Assembly: GCA_034933685.1 (NCBI GenBank)
Contig: JAYFNB010000017.1
Location: forward strand, 371,683-403,682
Length of the DNA stretch: 32,000 nt
Origin: Lachnospiraceae bacterium
GTDB lineage: Bacteria; Bacillota; Clostridia; Lachnospirales; Anaerotignaceae
Direction: 5' to 3'
Positions 1 through 7,719 of the stretch are shown here, one piece after another; within the stretch, counting starts at the first letter, position 1, and each line of letters starts with the position of its first letter. The notes under the pieces are model-generated. The model did not search any database. It was given only the letters and a program-made list of their open reading frames with translations, and was not told where the DNA came from. A program made the translations under genes and the position numbers.

Positions 1-1
1 A

Positions 2-2053
2 ACTACAGCTAAGTGGAAAAGTGTAATGAGCGGTTACAAGATACCAGAATGGGCACACGAAGCTGTAAGCTATGCATTAGAAAAACAAATGATTTCTGTT
101 ACAGATTTAGCAGGGTTTATGACTACTAATGGAGCAAATAACAATGCAACACGTGAGGATGTTGCTGTTATTTTTGGTAGGGCATTAAGTTCAGAATATG
201 AAATCAAGGATAACCCAGTGCTTACATTTGCAGACAAAGATAAGATTTTTTCTTCATCGGCACCATATGTAAATCTTTTATCAGAGCTGAATATTCTTGT
301 TGGGGATGATGATGAAAATTTTAACCCTAAAAGTCTTATAAACAGGGCTGAAATGGCAGTTGTTACCACAAAAACATATTCTGTTGTTTCGGGTGAAAAA
401 GTGAATACAGATGGCTCAAGTGCAACAGGAACAATTATTACGGTTTTGGATAATGATGGAGTAAGAACAATTACAATGACACTTAGCGATGGAACAAAGC
501 TTGTGCTTAATGGGGACAAATCAACGCCAACAACTTATAATGGCAAAGAGGTAAGCTTTACGGGGCTTACTGCAGGCGACAATGTAACGGTAGATTACAT
601 AAATGATACAATAACAAACGTAGTGGTTAATTTTGATTTTATTAATGAATCAAGTGATTCTGTTACAGGTACAATAAACTATATGACAAGTGAAAAAATC
701 ACTGTTAACCTTGAAAAAGGCGGAACAGCAATTTATCCCCTTGCCACAAATGTATCAATTTCACTTAATGATGGAACGGCGACTATTAGCAGAATTACAA
801 AGATGATTGACAATGGTGTTACTGTTGACGTAGTTATAAAACTTTCTAACGGGACAGTGACCGCGGTTTCTGCCTCAGGGCTCGAGAACACAGTACAGGG
901 AACAATAACGAAAATTTCTTCAAAGGATATTACAATTAAACGAACAGGAGGAACTGCGAAAATTTATAGTATTGCAGACTCTGTAACAGTGAAATATGAA
1001 GGCGAAACCTCCAGAATAAACAAGATTATTGATGTTTTTGATGACTCTACGGAACTATATATTACAGCTACATTGGATGATGACAATGACATAAAAAAGA
1101 TGGTTATTAAAGTCTCTCAGCTTGGCGGAAGTGTCACTGGATATTTGAAAAAAGTTACAGATGAGAAAATTGTAGTTGCAATTTCAGACACGGAAACAAA
1201 AACATATTCTATTGCTGAGGACCCTAAAGTAACCTATGAAGATGAAGATATAACCTATAGTAAACTTGTAGACAAATTTGAGGATGGTAATACATTTACA
1301 GCCACTGTTTACCTTAACAGCAACAAAAAGGTTTCAAAAATTGAGGCAAAAATTGAGGACAATGATACTGGCGTTATAACAAACCTTACAGATACATATA
1401 TTACAATTTTTACAAGTGCAGGGGTTAGCAGAAGATGTCTTTTGGATAAGGACGTAGTTATAAAATTTAACGGTGGAACAACAGAAAGCATATCCTACCT
1501 TAAGTCTATTTATGAAACTGGTAAAACAGGAGTAACACTTACTTTTAACAAAAAAGATGAGGTTGTTAAGATTCTGGTTGATCTTGACCAAGATAGCTAT
1601 GACAGAATAAGTGGCGAGATTGTCAAAATGGGTAGCGACAGCATTAAGATTGGAACAAAGACTGTTTATTCTTCAAGCAAAACGGTTGTAAAAATTGATG
1701 ATAATGAGTCAACGTGGGCATTGCTTTATAAGGGATGGCAAAGCGGAGAAACATATGATGCAACAGTTATCTTTGCTGATAACATTGTAAAAAATATAAA
1801 TGCAGAGCTTACAGGCGCATCCGGAAAGGTATATTCACTGAAATATGGTGAGATTAAACTAAATACGGATGCAGGAACAAGGACTTATGCAATTGCAGAT
1901 GATGAAGATTTAAATATACGCATTGATGATACAAAAACTTCCTATGATTTTAATGATTTTTATTCCTTATGGTATGTAAGTAAAAATGACTATTCGGTTA
2001 TACTTACAATTGAGGAAGGCCAGGTTGTTAGAATTAATGCCACAACGTTGTAA
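2..2053 (+). CDS. SLH-domain cell-surface protein with C-terminal tandem repeats (5' end lies outside window)
   Basis: The frame is open from nt 2 with no stop before the ATG at 26, so the gene probably starts upstream. Two S-layer-homology-like segments (IPEWAHEAVSYALEKQMI...TREDVAVIFGRAL; FADKDKIFSSSAPYVNLLSELNILVGDDDENFNPKSLINRAEMAVV) precede about seven degenerate 77-80 aa repeats. A hairpin terminator follows the stop. Confidence 0.8.
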   Translation, partial: TTAKWKSVMSGYKIPEWAHEAVSYALEKQMISVTDLAGFMTTNGANNNATREDVAVIFGRALSSEYEIKDNPVLTFADKDKIFSSSAPYVNLLSELNILVGDDDENFNPKSLINRAEMAVVTTKTYSVVSGEKVNTDGSSATGTIITVLDNDGVRTITMTLSDGTKLVLNGDKSTPTTYNGKEVSFTGLTAGDNVTVDYINDTITNVVVNFDFINESSDSVTGTINYMTSEKITVNLEKGGTAIYPLATNVSISLNDGTATISRITKMIDNGVTVDVVIKLSNGTVTAVSASGLENTVQGTITKISSKDITIKRTGGTAKIYSIADSVTVKYEGETSRINKIIDVFDDSTELYITATLDDDNDIKKMVIKVSQLGGSVTGYLKKVTDEKIVVAISDTETKTYSIAEDPKVTYEDEDITYSKLVDKFEDGNTFTATVYLNSNKKVSKIEAKIEDNDTGVITNLTDTYITIFTSAGVSRRCLLDKDVVIKFNGGTTESISYLKSIYETGKTGVTLTFNKKDEVVKILVDLDQDSYDRISGEIVKMGSDSIKIGTKTVYSSSKTVVKIDDNESTWALLYKGWQSGETYDATVIFADNIVKNINAELTGASGKVYSLKYGEIKLNTDAGTRTYAIADDEDLNIRIDDTKTSYDFNDFYSLWYVSKNDYSVILTIEEGQVVRINATTL

Positions 2054-2064
2054 AGTTAAAAATT

Positions 2065-2090
2065 GGCGGGCTTTTTAGCCCGCTGATTTA
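2065..2090 (+). terminator. rho-independent terminator after the SLH gene
   Basis: GC stem ggcgggc / gcccgct (2065-2071 / 2078-2084), loop ttttta, T-rich tail, 12 nt after the stop. Confidence 0.6.
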
Positions 2091-2098
2091 AATTTATG

Positions 2099-2127
2099 TT
2101 GATAAAAGAACATAAAAAAATTATAAT
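2099..2127 (+). promoter_or_regulatory. sigma-A type promoter for the radical-SAM operon
   Basis: TTGATA (2099-2104), 17-nt spacer, TATAAT (2122-2127), about 40 nt upstream of the RBS/ATG at 2170. Confidence 0.55.
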
Positions 2128-2169
2128 GAATAAGATACAGAAATTTGAATAAGAGAGGTATTTAATTTA

Positions 2170-3042
2170 ATGAGATATGAAGGTGTTGTGTACAGACCTC
2201 CAAGTGAGGCGGGCAGTTTGATTATTCAGCTTACAATTGGGTGTGCAAGAAATACATGCACATTCTGTGCTATGTTTAAAGATAAAAAATTCAGAATACG
2301 TAAGCTTGAAGATGTTATTGAAGACCTTGTTATGGCAAGAAAATACTATAGTCGTATTGCGGTAAAAAGGATTTTTTTGGCTGACGGAGATGCGCTTATC
2401 GTAAAAACAAAAGATTTATTGTATATTCTTGAAAAAATAAGAGAAATATTTCCAGAGGTTGAAAGGATTTCAGCTTATGGTACGCCAGCAGACGTTAACT
2501 TAAAAAGTGATGAAGAACTTGCGATGCTTAAATCTGCTGGGTTAGATATGATTTATATGGGCGCTGAAAGCGGCGACGATACAGTGCTTAAAGATGTTAA
2601 AAAGGGTGTTACATCTTCAGAAATTATTGAAGCAGGAATTAAGCTTAAAAGAGCAAAAATGGTTGTTTCTATTACACTTATTTCAGGCCTTGGTGGCAAG
2701 AAAAGAGTAAAGGAGCATGCAATAAATTCAGCAAAGGTTATAAGTGCAATAAAGCCGGAATATGTTGGATTTTTAACCCTTATGGTAGAACCAGGCACAG
2801 AGCTTTATACTCAGCACAGAGCAGGTGAATTTGAACTTTTGGGCCCTTATGAAATTTTGCAGGAAATGCGGTTATTTATAGAAAATGTAGATGCTGAAGG
2901 TACTGTCTTCAGGTCTAACCATGCATCCAACTACATTTCACTTAAGGGAACGTTTAACAGAGATAATGCATTTATGCTTAAACAAATTGAGCAGGCAGAA
3001 AAAGATGGAATATTTAAGCCAGAAATGTATAGAGGTATTTAG
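2170..3042 (+). CDS. radical SAM domain protein (function unknown)
   Basis: N-terminal cysteine triad GCARNTCTFCAMF, then an Elp3/MiaB-like TIM-barrel-type sequence (FLADGDAL, YMGAESGDD, SITLISGLGG). RBS agagagg upstream. 290 aa. Confidence 0.85.
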   Translation: MRYEGVVYRPPSEAGSLIIQLTIGCARNTCTFCAMFKDKKFRIRKLEDVIEDLVMARKYYSRIAVKRIFLADGDALIVKTKDLLYILEKIREIFPEVERISAYGTPADVNLKSDEELAMLKSAGLDMIYMGAESGDDTVLKDVKKGVTSSEIIEAGIKLKRAKMVVSITLISGLGGKKRVKEHAINSAKVISAIKPEYVGFLTLMVEPGTELYTQHRAGEFELLGPYEILQEMRLFIENVDAEGTVFRSNHASNYISLKGTFNRDNAFMLKQIEQAEKDGIFKPEMYRGI

Positions 3043-3057
3043 GTACAGGGGGAAAAC

Positions 3058-3900
3058 ATGGCAGTAATAGGCAGTGTTTCGATGGTTGTAATTTTTTTGA
3101 GCCTTTTGGCCATGATAATAACGGGCAGGAAACAATGGCTTATAATTTGGCTTTGGTGCATACCTATTATTGGGATGGCATATTTTGCACCGAGTGACTT
3201 GCAAATAAATGGACTTATTGTTGTAGTAAGTGCGGCTATGATAATAATTACAGCATATTCCCTTTGGGGAATAAAAGCGTGGTATGTATTTGGACGTAAA
3301 AAAAAATATGTTTTTAGTGCTGTTTTATTTGCAATAAACTATGCAGTTATTGAATACTATTTTTACCAGTGCGTAACACTTGGATATATTAAATATTTAA
3401 ATATAAGCACCGACATACCATTTATAGCGGCAATAACAGTGGTTTTAAGTATTTATGTTGCGTTAGTTATGAACAAGGTTATTGTTACTGCAATAGATAA
3501 ATACTTTTCAAAAAAGGAAACTTTTGTGCTTATACAGTGCCATCCTGTTGGAAAAGGCAGGTTTAGCGAAACAGGGTTGAATAGAAAATATACCATAAAA
3601 GGTGTGCAAAACGGGAAACACTATGTGTTTAACATGACGCGCAAGGCTTTCTTTATGCTTAAATCGGAGAAATCCCTTGTTATGGAAGCACACCTAGGAA
3701 TTTTTGGTGGGGTATACGTAACAGGAAACTTATATAAGGACGATGATAGGCGAAAAAAACGCATTAACAGAATTTTGATAAGACAATGTGCATTTGCGGT
3801 TCTTACAGTTGCTGTATTAATACTTTTTATTGTAAGAATTAAGTTTGGATTGGGTTTTGAGGCAATTTTTGCGGAAACACAGAAGTATTTGTTTAAATAA
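3058..3900 (+). CDS. hypothetical polytopic membrane protein
   Basis: RBS aggggga sits 7 nt upstream; the start is 15 nt after the radical-SAM stop. About 5 hydrophobic helices, a ~90 aa basic soluble segment, then a final TM helix. I recognise no family. Confidence 0.7.
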   Translation: MAVIGSVSMVVIFLSLLAMIITGRKQWLIIWLWCIPIIGMAYFAPSDLQINGLIVVVSAAMIIITAYSLWGIKAWYVFGRKKKYVFSAVLFAINYAVIEYYFYQCVTLGYIKYLNISTDIPFIAAITVVLSIYVALVMNKVIVTAIDKYFSKKETFVLIQCHPVGKGRFSETGLNRKYTIKGVQNGKHYVFNMTRKAFFMLKSEKSLVMEAHLGIFGGVYVTGNLYKDDDRRKKRINRILIRQCAFAVLTVAVLILFIVRIKFGLGFEAIFAETQKYLFK

Positions 3901-4025
3901 AAAGATTTAAACCAAATTTCAAAAAAATTTGCATAAAAATAAAAAAGTTTTAGATAATAGCAGACGAATAGGCTTTTAATACGTTTACTTTATTTGAAAA
4001 ATAAAATCTTTAAGGAGGTAATAGT

Positions 4026-4490
4026 ATGAAGGAAGAAAGAATGGCTATTTTATCCATGGTTGAAAAAGGTATTATTAGTGTGGACGATGCTGAAAGACTT
4101 TTTGCCGCTATTGACAGGAAAGATAACCTTGATGTAGGTGAAAAGGTAAGTAAACTTCTATCTAAGGCTGGTGACGGTTTAAGTTCTTTAGCAAAGACCG
4201 TTAGTGAAAAAACTGATAAAATTGTTGAAGAGAGTAAACCTGTTATGAAAAAAGCAGGTGATGCAATAGACAAGGCAGTTGAAGATGCAAAACCTATTAT
4301 GAAAAAGGCGGCTGATACTGTTGCTGAAAAAGCAGAAGAAATAAGAAACGTATATGAAGCAAAAAAACAGGCTGACGACGATGATTGCTTTGAAGATGAC
4401 GAAGAAGATACCCAAACCAAAGATGATGACTTTGTAGAGGACGTAGTAATTATTCCATCAGCGGAAGAAGAAAAGAAAGACGAGATGTAA
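4026..4490 (+). CDS. hypothetical protein with SHOCT-like N-terminus, internal repeat and acidic tail
   Basis: Strong RBS aaggagg. N-terminus MAILSMVEKGIISVDDAERLFAAI resembles SHOCT / YvlB-LiaX N-terminal motifs. Duplicated KP(V/I)MKKA(G/A)D segment and a D/E-rich C-terminus. A terminator follows. Confidence 0.7.
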   Translation: MKEERMAILSMVEKGIISVDDAERLFAAIDRKDNLDVGEKVSKLLSKAGDGLSSLAKTVSEKTDKIVEESKPVMKKAGDAIDKAVEDAKPIMKKAADTVAEKAEEIRNVYEAKKQADDDDCFEDDEEDTQTKDDDFVEDVVIIPSAEEEKKDEM

Positions 4491-4497
4491 TGTTCAA

Positions 4498-4545
4498 GGT
4501 GACAGGGGAAAGTTTTCACTGTCACCTTAAATTATTTTTTATTTT
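4498..4545 (+). terminator. rho-independent terminator
   Basis: Stem ggtgacag (4498-4505) / ctgtcacc (4519-4526) followed by a T-rich tract. Confidence 0.7.
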
Positions 4546-4547
4546 TA

Positions 4548-4576
4548 TGCACAGATTGATTTTTTTGTGGTATTAT
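4548..4576 (+). promoter_or_regulatory. candidate extended -10 promoter for lepB
   Basis: TGgTATTAT at 4568-4576; the -35 is weak (tgcaca). Confidence 0.35.
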
Positions 4577-4608
4577 ATGAGTCAAATATAAAATAGGGAG
4601 TAATTTAA

Positions 4609-5169
4609 ATGTCAGAAGAATATAAAGCAGAAGAGAAAAAAGAAGAAAAGACAAGCGCAAAAACTGAAGTTATCAGCTGGATTAAAACCATTGCCTTTGC
4701 CTTGGTGTTGGCTTTTTTAATAAATAATTTTATTATTGTAAATGCAACTGTACCAACAGGGTCTATGGAAAACACAATAATGCCTAAAGACAGAATAATT
4801 GCACTTAGGCTTACCTACTATTTTGATAGTCCAAAACGAGGAGATATAGTAGTGTTTAAGTATCCTGACGATGAAGAAATATTGTACGTTAAGCGTGTGA
4901 TAGGTTTACCAGGAGATACAGTTGAGGTTGTAGATGGCAGGGTGTACATAAATGGAGCGGATACACCTCTTGACGATGAATATATAAAGGAAACAGCTTA
5001 TGGCAACTATGGCCCTTATGAAGTTCCGGAAGGGTGTTATTTTATGATGGGCGACAATAGAAATGAATCGTTGGACTCAAGATTTTGGGTAAACAAGTTT
5101 GTTCAAAAAGAAAAAATATTAGGAAAAGTATTTTTAAAATACTATCCAGGCGTTGAACGGTTAAAGTAA
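4609..5169 (+). CDS. lepB: signal peptidase I (S26 family)
   Basis: N-terminal TM anchor, catalytic-Ser box PTGSMENTI, Lys box YVKRVIGLPGD, and GDNRNESLDSR box. RBS agggag. Confidence 0.92.
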   Translation: MSEEYKAEEKKEEKTSAKTEVISWIKTIAFALVLAFLINNFIIVNATVPTGSMENTIMPKDRIIALRLTYYFDSPKRGDIVVFKYPDDEEILYVKRVIGLPGDTVEVVDGRVYINGADTPLDDEYIKETAYGNYGPYEVPEGCYFMMGDNRNESLDSRFWVNKFVQKEKILGKVFLKYYPGVERLK

Positions 5170-5177
5170 ATATAAAA

Positions 5178-5210
5178 AACCCTCCATTATATTAAGGATG
5201 GTTTATTTTT
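5178..5210. terminator. imperfect bidirectional hairpin between convergent genes
   Basis: aaccctcc / ggatggtt stem with one mismatch, A-run before and T-run after. Confidence 0.4.
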
Positions 5211-5224
5211 AATGAAAATTGAAG

Positions 5225-5431
5225 TTATTTCATTGCAAGGTATGCGTTTATATCTGCAACAAGTTTTTCTACATCCATACCGTGAACCATACCAGCCTCT
5301 GCAAGGGTTTCGCCTGCTGATGATGGACAGCCTACACAGTGCATACCAGATTGCATTAAGATAGCGGCAATACCTCTATCCTGCATTAAAATTTCGCCTA
5401 TTTTTGATTCCTTAGTAACTTGAAATGCCAT
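5225..5431 (-). CDS. DUF1858 / hybrid-cluster-protein-associated redox-disulfide domain protein
   Basis: 68 aa from MAFQV...; GMHCVGCPSS motif typical of this small family. GGAGG RBS 8 nt upstream of the ATG at 5431. The longer 79 aa ORF in the track lacks an RBS. Confidence 0.8.
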   Translation of the reverse strand: MAFQVTKESKIGEILMQDRGIAAILMQSGMHCVGCPSSAGETLAEAGMVHGMDVEKLVADINAYLAMK

Positions 5432-5478
5432 TGATATTCCTCCTAAATAAAGTGTATTAAGCACAGCATGACATAAAT

Positions 5479-5506
5479 TTGACAGCTTTCGCTTGGTACT
5501 TAGTAT
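5479..5506 (+). promoter_or_regulatory. sigma-A type promoter for the cyclase/GyrI-like/panC genes
   Basis: TTGACA (5479-5484), 16-nt spacer, TAGTAT (5501-5506). Confidence 0.45.
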
Positions 5507-5534
5507 ACCACGTTTTTGAAAAAAGGTGAAGATT

Positions 5535-6122
5535 ATGTTTATAGATATAACAAAAAATATAAACAGGCAAACAAAGGTTTATGATGAAGACCCAAAATAT
5601 TTTGCAAACAATGTATTCTCCATTAGTAACGGGGATCAGTTTAATGTAAGCAAAATAGAAATGGGTAGTCATTTTGGTACACATATTGATGCGCCAAAAC
5701 ACTTTTTTAATGAAGGTGCAGATGTATCTCAGCTGGATATAGATTTAATTTGCGGCAAGTGCCTTGTGGTTAGTGCAAAACAGCCTATAGACGAGGCTTT
5801 TTTAAAAAACTTGCAACTTGAACCTAAAAACAGAATTTTATTTAAAACAGAAGGCAAATTTGGCATAACAAAGGATGGTGCAAAATATATTTCTGCCCTT
5901 GAAATAAGAGTTGTTGGTACTGATTCAATGGATATAGAAGATAGCGGCAACGAAGATTTTTGCTGCCATAAAATATTACTTGGGCATGGAATACCCATCA
6001 TTGAGGGACTTGAACTTTTCAATGTGAAGGATGGAGAATATCGCCTTATTTGTCTTCCACTTAAAATGGATGGGCTGGACGGCGTGACTGTAAGAGCGGT
6101 TCTTGAGGAGGTAAATAAATGA
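5535..6122 (+). CDS. putative cyclase family protein (kynurenine formamidase-like)
   Basis: Metal-binding signature GSHFGTHIDAPKHF. The ATG at 5535 is preceded by aaggtga; the GTG at 5526 given in the track is less likely. Confidence 0.8.
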   Translation: MFIDITKNINRQTKVYDEDPKYFANNVFSISNGDQFNVSKIEMGSHFGTHIDAPKHFFNEGADVSQLDIDLICGKCLVVSAKQPIDEAFLKNLQLEPKNRILFKTEGKFGITKDGAKYISALEIRVVGTDSMDIEDSGNEDFCCHKILLGHGIPIIEGLELFNVKDGEYRLICLPLKMDGLDGVTVRAVLEEVNK

Positions 6123-6742
6123 AACATGAATGGAAAAAGAATGAAAAGGAGATATATATACCAAAAGATGAACCAATTTTGATAAATGTGCCAAAATATA
6201 ATTATTTTATGATACAGGGTAAGGGGAATCCTAATGGTGATGACTTTGCAAGCAGAATTGAAGTTTTGTACAGCCTTAGCTATTCTATAAAAATGCTTCC
6301 TAAAAAGGGTTTTATACCAGGAGGATATTTTGATTATACGGTTTATCCTCTTGAGGGAATATGGGATGGCAGAGATGCCTTTAATGAAGCAGGAGAAATT
6401 AATAAGGAAGAGTTAAAATATACACTTATGATACGACAGCCTGAATTTGTGACAGAAGCAATTGCAAGAATGACTGTAATTAAGCTTCTTTCCACTAAAC
6501 CACATCAGCTTATTAAAGAGGTGAAGTTTGGCGCGGTGGAGGATGGCATGTGTGTGCAGCTCATGCATACAGGCAGTTATGACAACGAAAAGTTGTCTTT
6601 GGAAAAACTGAATACTTTTGTTGAGAAAAATGGACTTAAAAGAAAAAATTTGCTCCATAGGGAGATTTATATAAATGACGCCAGAAAAACTGTTGAAGAA
6701 AAGAGAAAAACAGTTTTGAGATATATGGTAGAAAAAAATTAG
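6119..6742 (+). CDS. GyrI-like small-molecule-binding domain protein
   Basis: N-terminal pattern KKNEKEIYIPKDEPILINVPKYNYFMIQGKGNPN and C-terminal HREIY, typical of the GyrI-like/SOUL-like family. ATGA start/stop overlap with the upstream gene. Confidence 0.72.
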   Translation: MKHEWKKNEKEIYIPKDEPILINVPKYNYFMIQGKGNPNGDDFASRIEVLYSLSYSIKMLPKKGFIPGGYFDYTVYPLEGIWDGRDAFNEAGEINKEELKYTLMIRQPEFVTEAIARMTVIKLLSTKPHQLIKEVKFGAVEDGMCVQLMHTGSYDNEKLSLEKLNTFVEKNGLKRKNLLHREIYINDARKTVEEKRKTVLRYMVEKN

Positions 6743-6769
6743 ATTCTAACTATTTTTTGGAGGGAACAG

Positions 6770-7609
6770 ATGAAAACATTGGTTACAATTGCTGAAGTGC
6801 GTGAAAGTATTAAGGAATGGAAAAGACATGGTTTAACAGTTGGGCTTGTGCCTACAATGGGATACCTTCATGACGGACACAAAAGTCTTATTGAAAAAGC
6901 ACACGAAGAAAACGACAAGGTGGTAGTAAGTATATTTGTAAATCCAATTCAATTTGGTGTTAATGAAGATTTAGATGCTTATCCAAGGGATTTGGAAGGT
7001 GACAGCAAACTTTGTGATGAGGCAGGAGTTGACGTTATTTTTCACCCAAAGGCATCGGAAATGTATTTTAAAGATTTTTGCACCTATACAGACATGGAAA
7101 GCCTTACACACAATTTGTGTGGCATGAGCAGACCTACACATTTTAGGGGTGTATGCACTGTTGTAAATAAACTTTTTAACATAGTTACGCCCAACAAGGC
7201 TTATTTTGGTAAAAAGGACGCGCAACAGCTTGCCATAATTAAAAGAATGGTTAGGGACTTGAATATTGATACAGAAATTATTGAATGTCCTATTGTGCGT
7301 GAAGATGACGGACTTGCTATAAGCTCACGAAATTCATATTTAAGTGCAGAAGAAAGAAAAGCGGCATTGGTACTTAGCAAGGCACTTGCAGAAGGCAGAA
7401 AAATTCTTGAAGGTGGAGAAAAAAATGCCACAGTAGTTGTGGATTCAATGAAGACAATTATTGAAAAAGAAATACTGGCCAGAATTGATTACGTTAAAAT
7501 AGTTGATAGTGATACACTTGAAGATGTAAAAAACATTGAGAAAAAGGTTTTAGTTGCAATGGCAGTATTTGTTGGCAAAACAAGGCTTATTGACAACATT
7601 ACGTTTTAA
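6770..7609 (+). CDS. panC: pantoate--beta-alanine ligase
   Basis: PTMGYLHDGHKSLI (HIGH-type motif), FGKKDAQQL, SSRNSYLS; 279 aa. RBS ggaggg. Confidence 0.95.
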   Translation: MKTLVTIAEVRESIKEWKRHGLTVGLVPTMGYLHDGHKSLIEKAHEENDKVVVSIFVNPIQFGVNEDLDAYPRDLEGDSKLCDEAGVDVIFHPKASEMYFKDFCTYTDMESLTHNLCGMSRPTHFRGVCTVVNKLFNIVTPNKAYFGKKDAQQLAIIKRMVRDLNIDTEIIECPIVREDDGLAISSRNSYLSAEERKAALVLSKALAEGRKILEGGEKNATVVVDSMKTIIEKEILARIDYVKIVDSDTLEDVKNIEKKVLVAMAVFVGKTRLIDNITF

Positions 7610-7644
7610 ACTTTAGAAAGGTTTTAAACTAGTAAAAGTGACAT

Positions 7645-7688
7645 AAAAAAGCGGTTTCTTCTGAAATAAATCAGATGAAACCGCTTTT
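7645..7688. terminator. bidirectional rho-independent terminator (panC / ilvD convergent)
   Basis: Stem gcggtttc (7651-7658) / gaaaccgc (7677-7684) with extended pairing, A-run upstream and T-run downstream. Confidence 0.85.
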
Positions 7689-7719
7689 AATTAGCAATTA
7701 ATTAGCAATTAATTAGCAA
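7687..7719. repeat. perfect 3 x 11-bp tandem repeat TTAATTAGCAA
   Basis: Units at 7687-7697, 7698-7708 and 7709-7719. The third unit contains the dehydratase stop codon (7713-7715) and last codon. Confidence 0.95.

Noticed and set aside
4010-4525. A 171-aa minus-strand ORF fully overlapping the 4026-4490 gene, a possible overlapping gene pair.
   Set aside because: The product is Ser/Phe-rich low complexity, as expected from the antisense of GAA/AAA/GAT-rich coding sequence. It has no RBS. The plus-strand gene has a strong RBS and terminator.
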